Source: Eledone cirrhosa (taxonomy: Eukaryota). From it: 64,000 nt of DNA. The notes below the pieces were generated by a model, which made no database searches, was not told the DNA's origin, and saw nothing but the letters and a program-made list of their open reading frames with translations. Position 1 is the stretch's first letter. The number at the start of each line of letters is the position of its first letter. The DNA lies in contig OZ024740.1 in the NCBI GenBank assembly GCA_964016885.1, positions 41,292,001 to 41,356,000 on the forward strand, in the 5' to 3' direction. The position numbers and the translations under genes are program-made. Shown here piece by piece: positions 45,001-57,141 of the stretch.

Positions 45001-48000
45001 TAAAATAAAGTGTACGTGAAGATAAATTTACTTTTATTTGTTTTATGTATTAAAATAAAGTGTACGTGAAAATAATTTACTTTTATTTGTTTTATGTATT
45101 AAAATAAAGTGTACGTGAAGATAAATTTATTTTTATTTGTTTTATGTATTAAAATAAAGTGTACGTGAAGATAAATTTATTTTTATTTGTTTTAAGTATT
45201 AAAATAAAGTGTACGTGAAGATAAATTTATTCTTATTTGTTTTATGTATTAAAATAAAGTGTACGTGAAGATAAATTTATTTTTATTTGTTTTATGTATA
45301 AAAATAAAGTGTACGTGAAGATAAATTTATTTTTATTTGTTTTATTTATTAAAATAAAGTGTACGTGAAGATAAATTTATTTTTATTTGTTTTATGTATT
45401 AAAATAAAGTGTACGTGGAGATAGATTTATTTTTATTTGTGTTATGTATTAAAATAAAGTGTACGTGAAGATAAATTTATTTTTATTTGTTTTATGTATA
45501 AAAATAAAGTGTACGTGAAGATAAATTTATTTTTATTTGTTTTATGTATTAAAATAAAGTGTACGTGAAGATAAATTTATTTTTATTTGTTTTATGTATT
45601 AAAATAAAGTGTACGTGAAGATAAATTTATTTTTATTTGTTTTATGTATTAAAATAAAGTGTACGTGAAGATAAATTTATATTTATTTGTTTTATGTATT
45701 AAAATAAAGTGTACGTGAAGATAAATTTATTTTTATTTGTTTTATGTATAAAAATAAAGTGTACGTGAAGATAAATTTATTTTTATTTGTTTTATGTATT
45801 AAAATAAAGTGTACGTGAAGATAAATTTATTTTTATTTGTCTTATGTATTAAAATAATGTGTACGTGAAGATAAATTTACTTTTATTTGTTTTATGTATT
45901 AAAATAAAGTGTACGTAAAGATAAATTTACTTTTATTTGTTTTATGTATTAAAATAAAGTGTACGTGAAGATAAATTTACTTTTATTTGTTTTATGTATT
46001 AAAATAAAGTGTACGTGAAAATAATTTACTTTTATTTGTTTTATGTATTAAAATAAAGTGTACGTGAAGATAAATTTATTTTTATTTGTTTTATGTATTA
46101 AAATAAAGTGTACGTGAAGATAAATTTATTTTTATTTGTTTTAAGTATTAAAATAAAGTGTACGTGAAGATAAATTTATTCTTATTTGTTTTATGTATTA
46201 AAATAAAGTGTACGTGAAGATAAATTTATTTTTATTTGTTTTATGTATAAAAATAAAGTGTACGTGAAGATAAATTTATTTTTATTTGTTTTATGTATTA
46301 AAATAAAGTGTACGTGAAGATAAATTTATTTTTATTTGTTTTATGTATTAAAATAAAGTGTACGTGGAGATAGATTTATTTTTATTTGTGTTATGTATTA
46401 AAATAAAGTGTACGTGAAGATAAATTTATTTTTATTTGTTTTATGTATAAAAATAAAGTGTACGTGAAGATAAATTTATTTTTATTTGTTTTATGTATTA
46501 AAATAAAGTGTACGTGAAGATAAATTTATTTTTATTTGTTTTATGTATTAAAATAAAGTGTACGTGAAGATAAATTTATTTTTATTTGTTTTATGTATTA
46601 AAATAAAGTGTACGTGAAGATAAATTTATATTTATTTGTTTTATGTATTAAAATAAAGTGTACGTGAAGATAAATTTATTTTTATTTGTTTTATGTATAA
46701 AAATAAAGTGTACGTGAAGATAAATTTATTTTTATTTGTTTTATGTATTAAAATAAAGTGTACGTGAAGATAAATTTATTTTTATTTGTTTTATGTATTA
46801 AAATAAAGTGTACGTGAAGATAAATTTATTTTTATTTGTTTTATGTATTAAAATAAAGTGTTCGTGAAGATAAATTTATTTTTATTTGTTTTATGTATAA
46901 AAATAAAGTATACGTGAAGATAAATTTATTTTTATTTGTTTTATGTATTAAAATAAAGTGTACGTGAAGATAAATTTATTTTTATTTGTTTTATGTATTA
47001 AAATAAAGTGTACGTGAAGATAAATTTACTTTTATTTGTTTTATGTATTAAAATAAAGTGTACGTGAAGATAAATTTATTTTTATTTGTTTTATTTATTA
47101 AAATAAAGTGTACGTGAAGATAAATTTATTTTTATTTGTTTTATGTATTAAAATAAAGTGTACGTGAAGATAAATTTATTTTTATTTGTTTTATGTTTTA
47201 AAATAAAGTGTACGTGAAGATACATTTATTTTTATTTGTTTTATGTATTAAAATAAAGTGTACGTGAAGATAAATTTATTTTTATTTGTTTTATGTATTT
47301 AAATAAAGTGTACGTGAAGATAAATTTATTTTTATTTGTTTTATTTATTAAAATAAAGTGTACGTGAAGATAAATTTATTTTTATTTGTTTTATGTATTA
47401 AAATAAAGTGTACGTGAAGATAAATTTATTTTTATTTGTTTTATGTATTAAAATAAAGTGTACGTGAAGATAAATTTATTTTTATTTGTTTTATGTATTA
47501 AAATAAAGTGTACGTGAAGATAAATTTATTTTTATTTGTTTTATGTATTAAAATAAAGTGTACGTGAAGATAAATTTATTTTTATTTGTTTTATGTATTA
47601 AAATAAAGTGTACGTGGAGATAGATTTATTTTTATTTGTGTTATGTATTAAAATAAAGTGTACGTGAAGATAAATTTATTTTTATTTGTTTTATGTATTA
47701 AAATAAAGTGTACGTGAAGATAAATTTATTTTTATGTGTTTTATGTATTAAAATAAAGTGTACGTGAAGATACATTTATTTTTATGTTTTATGTATTAAA
47801 ATAAAGTGTACGTGAAGATAAATTTATTTTTATTTGTCTTATGTATTAAAATAATGTGTACGTGAAGATAAATTTACTTTTATTTGTTTTATGTATTAAA
47901 ATAAAGTGTACGTAAAGATAAATTTACTTTTATTTGTTTTATGTATTAAAATAAAGTGTACGTGAAGATAAATTTACTTTTATTTGTTTTACGTATTAAA

Positions 48001-51000
48001 ATAAAGTGTACGTGAATATAAATTTACTTTTATTTGTTTTATGTATTAAAATAATGTGTACGTGAAGATAAATTTATTTTTATTTGTTTTATGTATTAAA
48101 ATAAAGTGTACGTGAAGATAAATTTACTTTTATTTGTTTTATGTATTAAAATAAAGTGTACGTGAAGATAAATTTATTTTTATTTGTTTTATGTATCTAA
48201 ATAAAGTGTACGTGAAGATAAATTTATTTTATTTGTTTTATGTATTAAAATAAAGTGTACGTGAAGATAAATTTATTTTTATTTGTTTTATGTATTAAAA
48301 TAAAGTGTACGTGAAGATAAATTTATTTTTATTTGTTTTATGTATTAAAATAAAGTGTACGTGAAGATAAATTTATTTTTATTTGTTTTATGTATTAAAA
48401 TAAAGTGTACGTGAAGATAAATTTATTTTTATTTGTTTTATGTATTAAAATAAAGTGTACGTGAAGATACATTTATTTTTATTTGTTTTATGTATTAAAA
48501 TAAAGTGTACGTGAAGATAAATTTATTTTTATTTGTTTTATGTATTAAAATAAAGTGTACGTGAAGATACATTTATTTTTATTTGTTTTATGTATTAAAA
48601 TAAAGTGTACGTGAAGATAAATTTATTTTTATTTGTCTTATGTATTAAAATAATGTGTACGTGAAGATAAATTTACTTTTATTTGTTTTATGTATTAAAA
48701 TAAAGTGTACGTAAAGATAAATTTACTTTTATTTGTTTTATGTATTAAAATAAAGTGTACGTGAAGATAAATTTACTTTTATTTGTTTTATGTATTAAAA
48801 TAAAGTGTACGTGAAGATAAATTTACTTTTATTTGTTTTATGTATTAAAATAAAGTGTACGTGAAGATAAATTTATTTTTATTTGTTTTATGTATTAAAA
48901 TAAAGTGTACGTGAAGATAAATTTACTTTTATTTGTTTTATGTATTAAAATAAAGTGTACGTGAAGATAAATTTATTTTTATTTGTTTTATGTATCTAAA
49001 TAAAGTGTACGTGAAGATAAATTTATTTTTATTTGTTTTATGTATTAAAATAAAGTGTACGTGAAGATAAATTTATTTTTATTTGTTTTATGTATTAAAA
49101 TAAAGTGTACGTGAAGATAAATTTATTTTTATTTGTTTTATGTATTAAAATAAAGTGTACGTGAAGATAAATTTATTTTTATTTGTTTTATGTATAAAAA
49201 TAAAGTGTACGTGAAGATAAATTTATTTTTATTTGTTTTATGTATTAAAATAAAGTGTACGTGAAGATAAATTTATTTTTATTTGTTTTATATATTAAAA
49301 TAAAGTGTACGTGAAGATAAATTTATTTTTATTTGTTTTATGTATTAAAATAAAGTGTACGTGAAGATAAATTTATTTTTAATTGTTTTATGTATTTAAA
49401 TAAAGTGTACGTGAAGATAAATTTATTTTTATTTGTTTTATGTATTAAAATAAAGTGTACGTGAAGATAAATTTATTTTTATTTGTTTTATATATTAAAA
49501 TAAAGTGTACGTGAAGATAAATTTATTTTTATTTGTTTTATGTATTAAAATAAAGTGTACGTGAAGATAAATTTATTTTTAATTGTTTTATGTATTTAAA
49601 TAAAGTGTACGTGAAGATAAATTTATTTTTACTTGTTTTATGTATTAAAATAAAGTGTACGTGAAGATAAATTTATTTTTATTTGTTTTATGTATTTAAA
49701 TAAAGTGTACGTGAAGATAAATTTATTTTTATTTGTTTTATGTATTAAAATAAAGTGTACGTGAAGATAAATTTATTTTTATTTGTTTTATGTATTAAAA
49801 TAAAGTGTACGTGAAGATAAATTTACTTTTATTTGTTTTATGTATTAAAATAAAGTGTACGTGAAGATAAATTTATTTTTATTTGTTTTATGTATCTAAA
49901 TAAAGTGTACGTGAAGATAAATTTATTTTTATTTGTTTTATGTATTAAAATAAAGTGTACGTGAAGATAAATTTATTTTTATTTGTTTTATGTATTAAAA
50001 TAAAGTGTACGTGAAGATAAATTTATTTTTATTTGTTTTATGTATTAAAATAAAGTGTACGTGAAGATAAATTTATTTTTATTTGTTTTATGTATTAAAA
50101 TAAAGTGTACGTGAAGATAAATTTATTTTTATTTGTTTTATGTATAAAAATAAAGTGTACGTGAAGATAAATTTATTTTTATTTGTTTTATGTATTAAAA
50201 TAAAGTGTACGTGAAGATAAATTTATTTTTATTTGTTTTATATATTAAAATAAAGTGTACGTGAAGATAAATTTATTTTTATTTGTTTTATGTATTAAAA
50301 TAAAGTGTACGTGAAGATAAATTTATTTTTAATTGTTTTATGTATTTAAATAAAGTGTACGTGAAGATAAATTTATTTTTATTTGTTTTATGTATTAAAA
50401 TAAAGTGTACGTGAAGATAAATTTATTTTTATTTGTTTTATGTATTAAAATAAAGTGTACGTGAAGATAGATTTATTTTTATTTGTGTTATGTATTAAAA
50501 TAAAGTGTACGTGAAGATAAATTTATTTTTATTTGTTTTATGTATTAAAATAAAGTGTACGTGAAGATAAATTTATTTTTATTTGTTTTATGTATTAAAA
50601 TAAAGTGTACGTGAAGATACATTTATTTCTATTTGTTTTATGTATTAAAATAAAGTGTACGTGAAGATAAATTTATTTTTATTTGTCTTATGTATTAAAA
50701 TAATGTGTACGTGAAGATAAATTTACTTTTATTTGTTTTATGTATTAAAATAAAGTGTACGTGAAGATAAATTTACTTTTATTTGTTTTATGTATTAAAA
50801 TAAAGTGTACGTGAAGATAAATTTACTTTTATTTGTTTTATGTATTAAAATAAAGTGTACGTGAAGATAAATTTACTTTTATTTGTTTTATGTATTAAAA
50901 TAAAGTGTACGTGAAGATAAATTTATTTTTATTTGTTTTGATGTATTAAAATAAAGTGTACGTGAAGATAAATTTACTTTTATTTGTTTTATGTATTAAA

Positions 51001-53683
51001 ATAAAGTGTACGTGAAGATAAATTTATTTTTATTTGTTTGATGTATTAAAATAAAGTGTACGTGAAGATAAATTTATTTTTATTTGTTTTATGTATTAAA
51101 ATAAAGTGTACGTGAAGATAAATTTATTTTTATTTGTTTTATGTATTAAAATAAAGTGTACGTGAAGATACATTTATTTTAATTTGTTTTATGTATTAAA
51201 ATAAAGTGTACGTGAAGATAAATTTATTTTTATTTGTTTTATGTATTAAAATAAAGTGTACGTGAAGATACATTTATTTTTATTTGTTTTATGTATTAAA
51301 ATAAAGTGTACGTGAAGATAAATTTATTTTTATTTGTCTTATGTATTAAAATAATGTGTACGTGAAGATAAATTTACTTTTATTTGTTTTATGTATTAAA
51401 ATAAAGTGTACGTAAAGATAAATTTACTTTTATTTGTTTTATGTATTAAAATAAAGTGTACGTGAAGATAAATTTACTTTTATTTGTTTTATGTATTAAA
51501 ATAAAGTGTACGTGAAAATAATTTACTTTTATTTGTTTTATGTATTAAAATAAAGTGTACGTGAAGATAAATTTATTTTTATTTGTTTTATGTATTAAAA
51601 TAAAGTGTATGTGAAGATAAATTTACTTTTATTTGTTTTATGTATTAAAATAAAGTGTACGTGAAGTTAAATTTATTTTTATTTGTTTTATGTATCTAAA
51701 TAAAGTGTACGTGAAGATAAATTTATTTTTATTTGTTTTATGTATTAAAATAAAGTGTACGTGAAGATAAATTTATTTTTATTTGTTTTATGTATTAAAA
51801 TAAAGTGTACGTGAAGATAAATTTATTTTTATTTGTTTTATGTATTAAAATAAAGTGTACGTGAAGATAAATTTATTTTTATTTGTTTTATGTATTAAAA
51901 TAAAGTGTACGTGAAGATAAATTTATTTTTATTTGTTTTATGTATAAAAATAAAGTGTACGTGAAGATAAATTTATTTTTATTTGTTTTATGTATTAAAA
52001 TAAAGTGTACGTGAAGATAAATTTATTTTTATTTGTTTTATATATTAAAATAAAGTGTACGTGAAGATAAATTTATTTTTATTTGTTTTATGTATTAAAA
52101 TAAAGTGTACGTGAAGATAAATTTATTTTTAATTGTTTTATGTATTTAAATAAAGTGTACGTGAAGATAAATTTATTTTTATTTGTTTTATGTATTAAAA
52201 TAAAGTGTACGTGAAGATTAATTTATTTTTATTTGTTTTATGTATTAAAATAAAGTGTACGTGAAGATAGATTTATTTTTATTTGTGTTATGTATTAAAA
52301 TAAAGTGTACGTGAAGATAAATTTATTTTTATTTGTTTTATGTATTAAAATAAAGTGTACGTGAAGATAAATTTATTTTTATTTGTTTTATGTATTAAAA
52401 TAAAGTGTACGTGAAGATACATTTATTTTTATTTGTTTTATGTATTAAAATAAAGTGTACGTGAAGATAAATTTATTTTTATTTGTCTTATGTATTAAAA
52501 TAATGTGTACGTGAAGATAAATTTACTTTTATTTGTTTTATGTATTAAAATAAAGTGTACGTGAAGATAAATTTACTTTTATTTGTTTTATGTATTAAAA
52601 TAAAGTGTACGTGAAGATAAATTTACTTTTATTTGTTTTATGTATTAAAATAAAGTGTACGTGAAGATAAATTTACTTTTATTTGTTTTATGTATTAAAA
52701 TAAAGTGTACGTGAAGATAAATTTATTTTTATTTGTTTTATGTATTAAAATAAAGTGTACGTGAAGATAAATTTATTTTTATTTGTTTTATGTATTAAAA
52801 TAAAGTGTACGTGAAGATAAATTTATTTTTATTTGTTTTATGTATTAAAATAAAGTGTACGTGAAGATAAATTTATTTTTATTTGTTTTATGTATTAAAA
52901 TAAAGTGTACGTGAAGATAAATTTATTTTTATTTGTTTTATGTATTAAAATAAAGTGTACGTGAAGATAAATTTATTTTTATTTGTTTTATGTATTAAAA
53001 TAAAGTGTACGTGAAGATAAATTTATTTTTATTTGTTTTATGTATTAAAATAAAGTGTACGTGAAGATAAATTTATTTTTATTTGTTTTATGTATTAAAA
53101 TAAAGTGTACGTGAAGATAAATTTATTTTTATTTGTTTTATGTATTAAAATAAAGTGTACGTGAAGATAAATTTATTTTTATTTGTTTTATGTATTAAAA
53201 TAAAGTGTACGTGAAGATAAATTTATTTTTATTTGTTTTATGTATTAAAATGAAGTGTACGTGAAGATAAATTTATTTTTATTTGTTTTATGTATTAAAA
53301 TAAAGTGTACGTGAAGATAAATTTATTTTTATTTGTTTTATGTATAAAAATAAAGTGTACGTGAAGATAAATTTATTTTTATTTGTTTTATGTATTAAAA
53401 TAAAGTGTACGTGAAGATAAATTTATTTTTATTTGTTTTATGTATTAAAATAAAGTGTACGTGAAGATAAATTTATTTTTATTTGTTTTATGTATTAAAA
53501 TAAAGTGTACGTGAAGATAAATTTATTTTTATTTGTTTTATGTATTAAAATAAAGTGTACGTGAAGATAAATTTATTTTTATTTGTTTTATGTATTAAAA
53601 TATAGTGTACGTGAAGACAAATTTATTTTTATTTGTTTTATGTATTAAAATAAAGTGTATGTGAAGATAAATTTATTTTTATT
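1..53683. repeat. 50-bp AT-rich (16% GC) satellite DNA array, ~1070 head-to-tail monomers, continuing beyond the left window edge
   Basis: The monomer ATTTGTTTTATGTATTAAAATAAAGTGTACGTGAAGATAAATTTATTTTT is read directly, with usually 0-2 substitutions per copy and rare 1-7 bp indels. The last partial monomer ends at ...ATTTATTTTTATT (53683). Confidence 0.99.
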
Positions 53684-53924
53684 ATGTTTGACTCGTGCTT
53701 CGATATCCTGATTATGAGTGGATGTAGAGAAGAAATATCATATTTGCATGTGGTGTTTGCAGTTTTGTCATTCAAATTCGTATTTTTATTTTAAAATCTT
53801 TCTTCATGTTAAACGTAAGTGATTGTTGTCAATTCCTCTAGAATCTGGCCCTTTAAAATGTAAGTTTAGCCACTGAAAGTAAATGGCTACATGGCTTGGA
53901 AGTGGATATATTGGTAAATTTAGA

Positions 53925-54030
53925 TTTCAAACGGTCGCCATTTTGAAGCCCTAAGACGGCCATGTTCGGAACCCTAAAAAAATGGCAACATTGATTTTTG
54001 TGTTCAATACATCCTAACGTTTCCAAAAAT
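53925..54030. other. Cluster of GCCAT/ATGGC (YY1-type core) motifs; possibly a decayed DNA-transposon remnant
   Basis: TTTCAAACGGTCGCCATTTTGAA, CGGCCATGTT and AAAATGGC lie within ~65 bp. The transposon interpretation rests on general resemblance only; no TIR or TSD was found. Confidence 0.2.
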
Positions 54031-54990
54031 GTATAGTTTAGTAAATCTCCAAAAAATTTGAACGAAAATACACAAGGAAATGGACTATATAGTCCAACAT
54101 GTCGACAGAGAAGAAGGACTCCGAGGCATAGAAAAGATAAGAAGGGAGAAAAGAGGAAAATAGGCCGGAAGGAGATGTCTATTATATGGTAATCTAAGTC
54201 TTTAGAATATATCTTTCCAAGTAGGTGCGCACAAGACAAAGACATTGGAAAACACACGTCCATTTCGTATATATGTGTAAATATTTTCTAAATATAAAAT
54301 ACACAGATTTGTTTTCTAATGTCTAAGTCAGGTCAGATCCAAAAATTGGCATTAACGATAGTGTGCACACATAATTATCTATTTCGATATGTTCCATTGA
54401 ACGTGTTAAATAGCAGAGTGATTCACACAAACTTATATAAATTATACTTACATCCATTAACTATAATGAAAGTATATATTAGCACCGACTACAATGAGAT
54501 GGAATCTAAGGAAATATTGCCACCAATAAGTCCATTGAAATTAAAAGTACATTCCTTTTGATTTATTTTACATTGGCATAGACAGCATGTGAGAAAAACA
54601 AACCATGGAAATATACGTAACATACATTTTCACTAATTAAGTGTCCTATATTCTGTATAAAATGTATAGTAACAAGTATAGATATAATTTCTATTCACTT
54701 TGTTTTTGATTTTGTTACCAAATTTCCAATCAACGACCTGTTATGGAGGCAAATAATGTAAATGTTATATATTAGATTACAGGGCTGACATTGTATTGTG
54801 ATTGGTTGGCTTAAGAAAACGATATTGTATGTTGTTTGGCTTTGAATTAATGAAGAGTTGTTGGATGATATATAAAAGATTTGGGTTATACTGAAAGAAA
54901 TACAAGGAATGAGTATTTTGTTATTTTGCTTCAAATGTTTATTTAATTTATCGTCATTATCTCGTGGTTTTGGTAAAATCGACCCTTCAA

Positions 54991-55195
<205 letters not shown>

Positions 55196-55296
55196 CTATT
55201 TATGTTTATCGTAATGATGTAGTTGCATGTTATATATTGGTAAAACATAATCTGATGTAGGAAACAATACATTTTGACCGAAATAAATATATTTTC

Positions 55297-55413
55297 CATG
55301 ATAAAAGACGACAGATACTTATATGTTTCACCTTTTCAAGGTCTACTGGCTATATGGCTGTAGGTAGAGCCAGCAAAGATGAAACTTTAAAATAACTGGC
55401 GTCTTTTATCATG
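55297..55413. repeat. Imperfect inverted repeat (two 50-bp arms, 17-bp spacer), MITE-like or foldback
   Basis: Arm 55297-55346 matches the reverse complement of 55364-55413 ungapped at 39/50 (hand count). The outer 14 bp, CATGATAAAAGACG, match perfectly. Confidence 0.85.
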
Positions 55414-55431
55414 ATATATAATTAACAAGTA

Positions 55432-55772
55432 TCACCACTCTCATAGGTACGAACCATTCTTTTCGCATTCACCATTCCTTCACTTGCACTTTCACCAACG
55501 TTTTGTATACCCTCCGGTGCTCCATTTGCGGGTCCATTTACATTGAACAATCAAACCGCCGTCTGGCAGACCGATACGCTGAACTCCCGAGGGACATACG
55601 ACTAGGTAAAGACATTCCGTTCTTCCAACCACTCTACTTAATACCTCTCTGTCTCAGGCCTCATTTTACCCCATGGATCCTCAGCCACTCGCACAAGACC
55701 GAGCAGAACTTAATTTTCCGTCTTGAAACTACTTTGCCGAATGAACTCAACTTCCACCCCTTATTCCTATAA
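55432..55772 (+). pseudogene. Degenerate GIY-YIG endonuclease domain of a Penelope-like element (Neptune-type)
   Basis: The translation ...HSFRIHHSFTCTFTNVLYTLRCSICGSIYIEQSNRRLADRYAE...KTEQNLIFRLETTLPNELN fits the PLE pattern FTC-N-(I)Y-CxxC-YIG-T-R-L-R-EH...EQ-I-L-T-P-GLN. Key residues are substituted (YIE for YIG, AEL for EH, ELN for GLN). Confidence 0.85.
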
Positions 55773-55781
55773 CCTCCCTTT

Positions 55782-56182
55782 ATCCGTTGTCCCAAATGCA
55801 AGCTGGGCTCACAAGAGATATAGCGGGATCTCAGACAAGCTAGCAAAGAACGTAGGTTTTAGACGTAGTCTAGTCAATGCACAGGAACAGTAAGGAGTAA
55901 GAACTCACAGGAAACAAACTCTATTAAAATCTTAGAGGGTTTCGTAGAAGCAGGTGACAGCTTCTATCATCTGGGTGACTAAATTAGCAGTGGCGGTGGG
56001 TGTTCCGAAAGTACAGTAGCCAGAGTGAGAACGGGATGGAAAAAGTTCAGGGAGCTACTACCGTTGCTAGCTACAAACGATTTCCCCTTCAAAATGAACG
56101 GCAGATTGCATACGAACAACAATGCTGCATGGTAGTGAGACTTGGAAAAATGAAGGTTAAACGATGATGATGATGATGATGA
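55782..56182 (+). mobile_element. Decayed, internally deleted RTE-clade LINE fragment with (GAT)6 tail
   Basis: Interrupted translation IRCPKCKL/AHKRYSGISDKL...VEAGDSFYHLGD*ISSGGGCSESTVARVRTGWKKFRELLPLLAT...GRL/RTTMLHGSETW, matching the RTE RT C-terminal F-YLG...AR...W...YGSETW region. It is joined directly to ...GTTAAAC(GAT)6 at 56163-56180. Confidence 0.85.
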
Positions 56183-56906
56183 GTCTTTATTTCACAGGGA
56201 AGATAGATGGGCAGTTGTAACGTTCATATTTTTTCTAATGACATTCTGTATAACGTTTAGTGTTGGAGACGGTTACCAATCCTCTAGCAATGGTCACCAA
56301 TCAAATATTCGTCAAAAACTGTTGTTTAGGCTGTAAGCGTCCATTTCTACGGATATAAGAGCAGGTATTTTGGTGCATAATAATATGATAATATAGAGTG
56401 GCATCACTCTACCACCATCACACAGAACCTCAGTCTGTTGACAACACCACCAAGCACCACTCTACTATTGTCACACAGTAGTCCGTCAACCACACAGTAG
56501 TCTGTCAACATTCACCGACAAATGTCCCAGGATCTTTGATGACACCACCGAATTGTCAGCTTGTCGTCAACCTCTGTTCTCACATACACTTTCATATTGT
56601 CCAAGTCTCATAACCCGGGACACAAAGTCTTACTGCGCGCGGCCACTCGGAGCCAGCTGACCCAGGCAATACAACAGGCAAGGCCATTACTCTTCCAAGT
56701 TAGCCAAGAACGATAAAGTGAAGTTCGTGAGATTTGTTAAGTTCACATGTCATGGGGAGAAGAAGAGTCTTTGTTTGAGAGAGAGAACATTTTTTCAAAT
56801 AAATTGGGTAAGACTTGAAATGAACTGGCTAATATGTAAGAATGTGTGATTAATAATTTTGTGTCATTGTTCGTGTCATATTAAATTTTGATTTGTTTTT
56901 GTCTAG

Positions 56907-56958
56907 ACGCTTCTGCCGGTAAAGTGTCGCGAGGAGCTGGAGCTGGTAGCATGTAACA

Positions 56959-56960
<2 letters not shown>
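56907..56960 (+). other. Putative 54-nt internal exon (phase-0 reading TLLPVKCREELELVACNK), host transcript unidentified
   Basis: Acceptor TTTGTTTTTGTCTAG| and donor AAG|GTGTGT. An upstream donor TGG|GTAAGA at 56808 defines a 99-nt AT-rich intron. The exon is more GC-rich than its flank. Confidence 0.4.

Positions 56961-57040
<80 letters not shown>
56961..57040. repeat. (GT)40 microsatellite
   Basis: Read directly from the sequence. Confidence 0.98.
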
Positions 57041-57043
<3 letters not shown>

Positions 57044-57141
57044 ACAGCTCACACCTATGCAGGTTTAGCTGGCCTCCTCCAAGGTATATGACGCTGGAGG
57101 TGTCTTGGGTGATTTAATGATAGGGACCCCAGTCCTATCAT

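Noticed and set aside
1-53683. CRISPR array or telomeric repeat
   Set aside because: Monomers are contiguous with no unique spacers and there are no cas genes. The 50-bp unit has no G-run telomere motif.
1-53683. AATAAA polyadenylation signals on both strands of each monomer
   Set aside because: Expected by chance at 84% AT, with no transcript context.
53930-53942. 13-nt match AACGGTCGCCATT with the R4 5' terminus (63181-63193)
   Set aside because: It is too far from the element to be a TSD, similarity does not extend, and one match of this length is plausible by chance in 10 kb.
53853-54561. 136-aa and 80-aa ORFs next to the satellite
   Set aside because: No recognisable motifs, and composition is typical of chance ORFs in AT-rich DNA.
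55252-55285. Hammerhead-like CTGATGT...CCGAAA near the Penelope fragment
   Set aside because: The core should be CTGANGA, and no convincing stem II or III or cleavage triplet could be paired. At best it is a dead remnant.
56472-56509. 19-bp tandem duplication CACACAGTAGTC(C/T)GTCAAC
   Set aside because: Two copies only; an ordinary local slippage event.
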